Of a stretch of DNA of 64,000 nucleotides, positions 63,623-64,000 are shown piece after piece (position 1 is the stretch's first letter; each line of letters starts with the position of its first letter). Source of the stretch: Nageia nagi (Eukaryota; Plantae; Pinophyta); assembly GCA_050084985.1 (NCBI GenBank), contig JBITNC010000001.1:72354001-72418000 (forward strand), in the 5' to 3' direction. Position numbers and translations under genes: made by a program. The notes below the pieces were generated by a model. It made no database searches. It was not told the origin of the DNA and worked only from the letters and a program-made list of their open reading frames with translations.

Positions 63623-64000
63623 ATGACTAGTTCCAAAAGCAATTTGGCCAAGGAGTATGCACGAGATCTGGAATACATCAAGCAAGAATGCCTCATCACC
63701 ATATGCGAGCGACAAGACCCTTACCCAGGGGGCTAAATTCTCCAAAAATGGGTTGGCCACTATCAAGGACACAGACTGGCAGAAGGTGGATCCGATGCAG
63801 ATGAGGGAGAAGATTAGGAACAAACCCATCACAAGTTGAAACAAGACATCGTCTTCTTCTCGAGGCTCTCAACTTGTACATTCATCCCATTCATAGCTCC
63901 TTTCCCAGAGTTGTGCTTGGAAGTTGGCCAGCATTGGAAGATGGGTGAGAGTGCTCCGAGACATGAAGGGCAACATCATCATGGACTTCAGCCTCGAAGG
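63623..64000 (+). pseudogene. Start of the family ORF in E5
   Basis: MTSSKSN...GAKFSKNGLATIKDTDWQKVDPMQMREKI...APFPELCLEVGQHW...IIMDFS, with frameshifts. Confidence 0.8.

Larger units (their letters stand above)
62011..64000 (+). mobile_element. Giant TG..CA element, copy E5 (same subfamily as E2); runs off the window
   Basis: Starts tgttgtgccttacacaactcgccccctaaa; colinear with 21612-23570. Predicted TSD is GCATC. Confidence 0.88.

Noticed and set aside
53281-64000. Downstream GCP4 exons (expected YLSALISQSFLD...)
   Set aside because: Not found by eye; the region is TE debris and the gene probably continues past the window.

Overview
AT-rich eukaryotic plant DNA, most likely from a large-genome gymnosperm (inferred from intron sizes and retrotransposon types). 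The only host gene is gamma-tubulin complex component 4 (GCP4) on the + strand. Eight internal exons lie between 7481 and 53280; the gene's start and end are outside the window. One intron is a 38.2-kb GC-AG intron, and one exon has a single-base frameshift at a homopolymer. The introns are filled with nested mobile DNA: a decayed chromovirus-type Ty3/Gypsy element, a non-autonomous LTR element, at least five ordinary solo LTRs with target-site duplications (TSDs), tRNA-derived SINEs, LINE remnants and a probable hAT MITE. The most unusual content is a family with 8 copies or fragments, the reconstructable ones about 3-8 kb long. They have TGTTG...CAACA ends and 5-bp TSDs, but no internal direct repeat, PBS, PPT, gag or pol. 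The typical layout is a conserved 5' terminus, an array of inverted GGCGCA...TGCGCC motif pairs (in one subfamily an 8-unit palindrome/spacer array that superficially resembles CRISPR), a TATA box, one ~750-1150-codon ORF of unknown function (now decayed), and an LTR-like 3' kilobase. They are best read as giant protein-coding solo LTRs, or as a separate integrase-mobilised unit, possibly carrying a protein together with its own DNA-binding sites.
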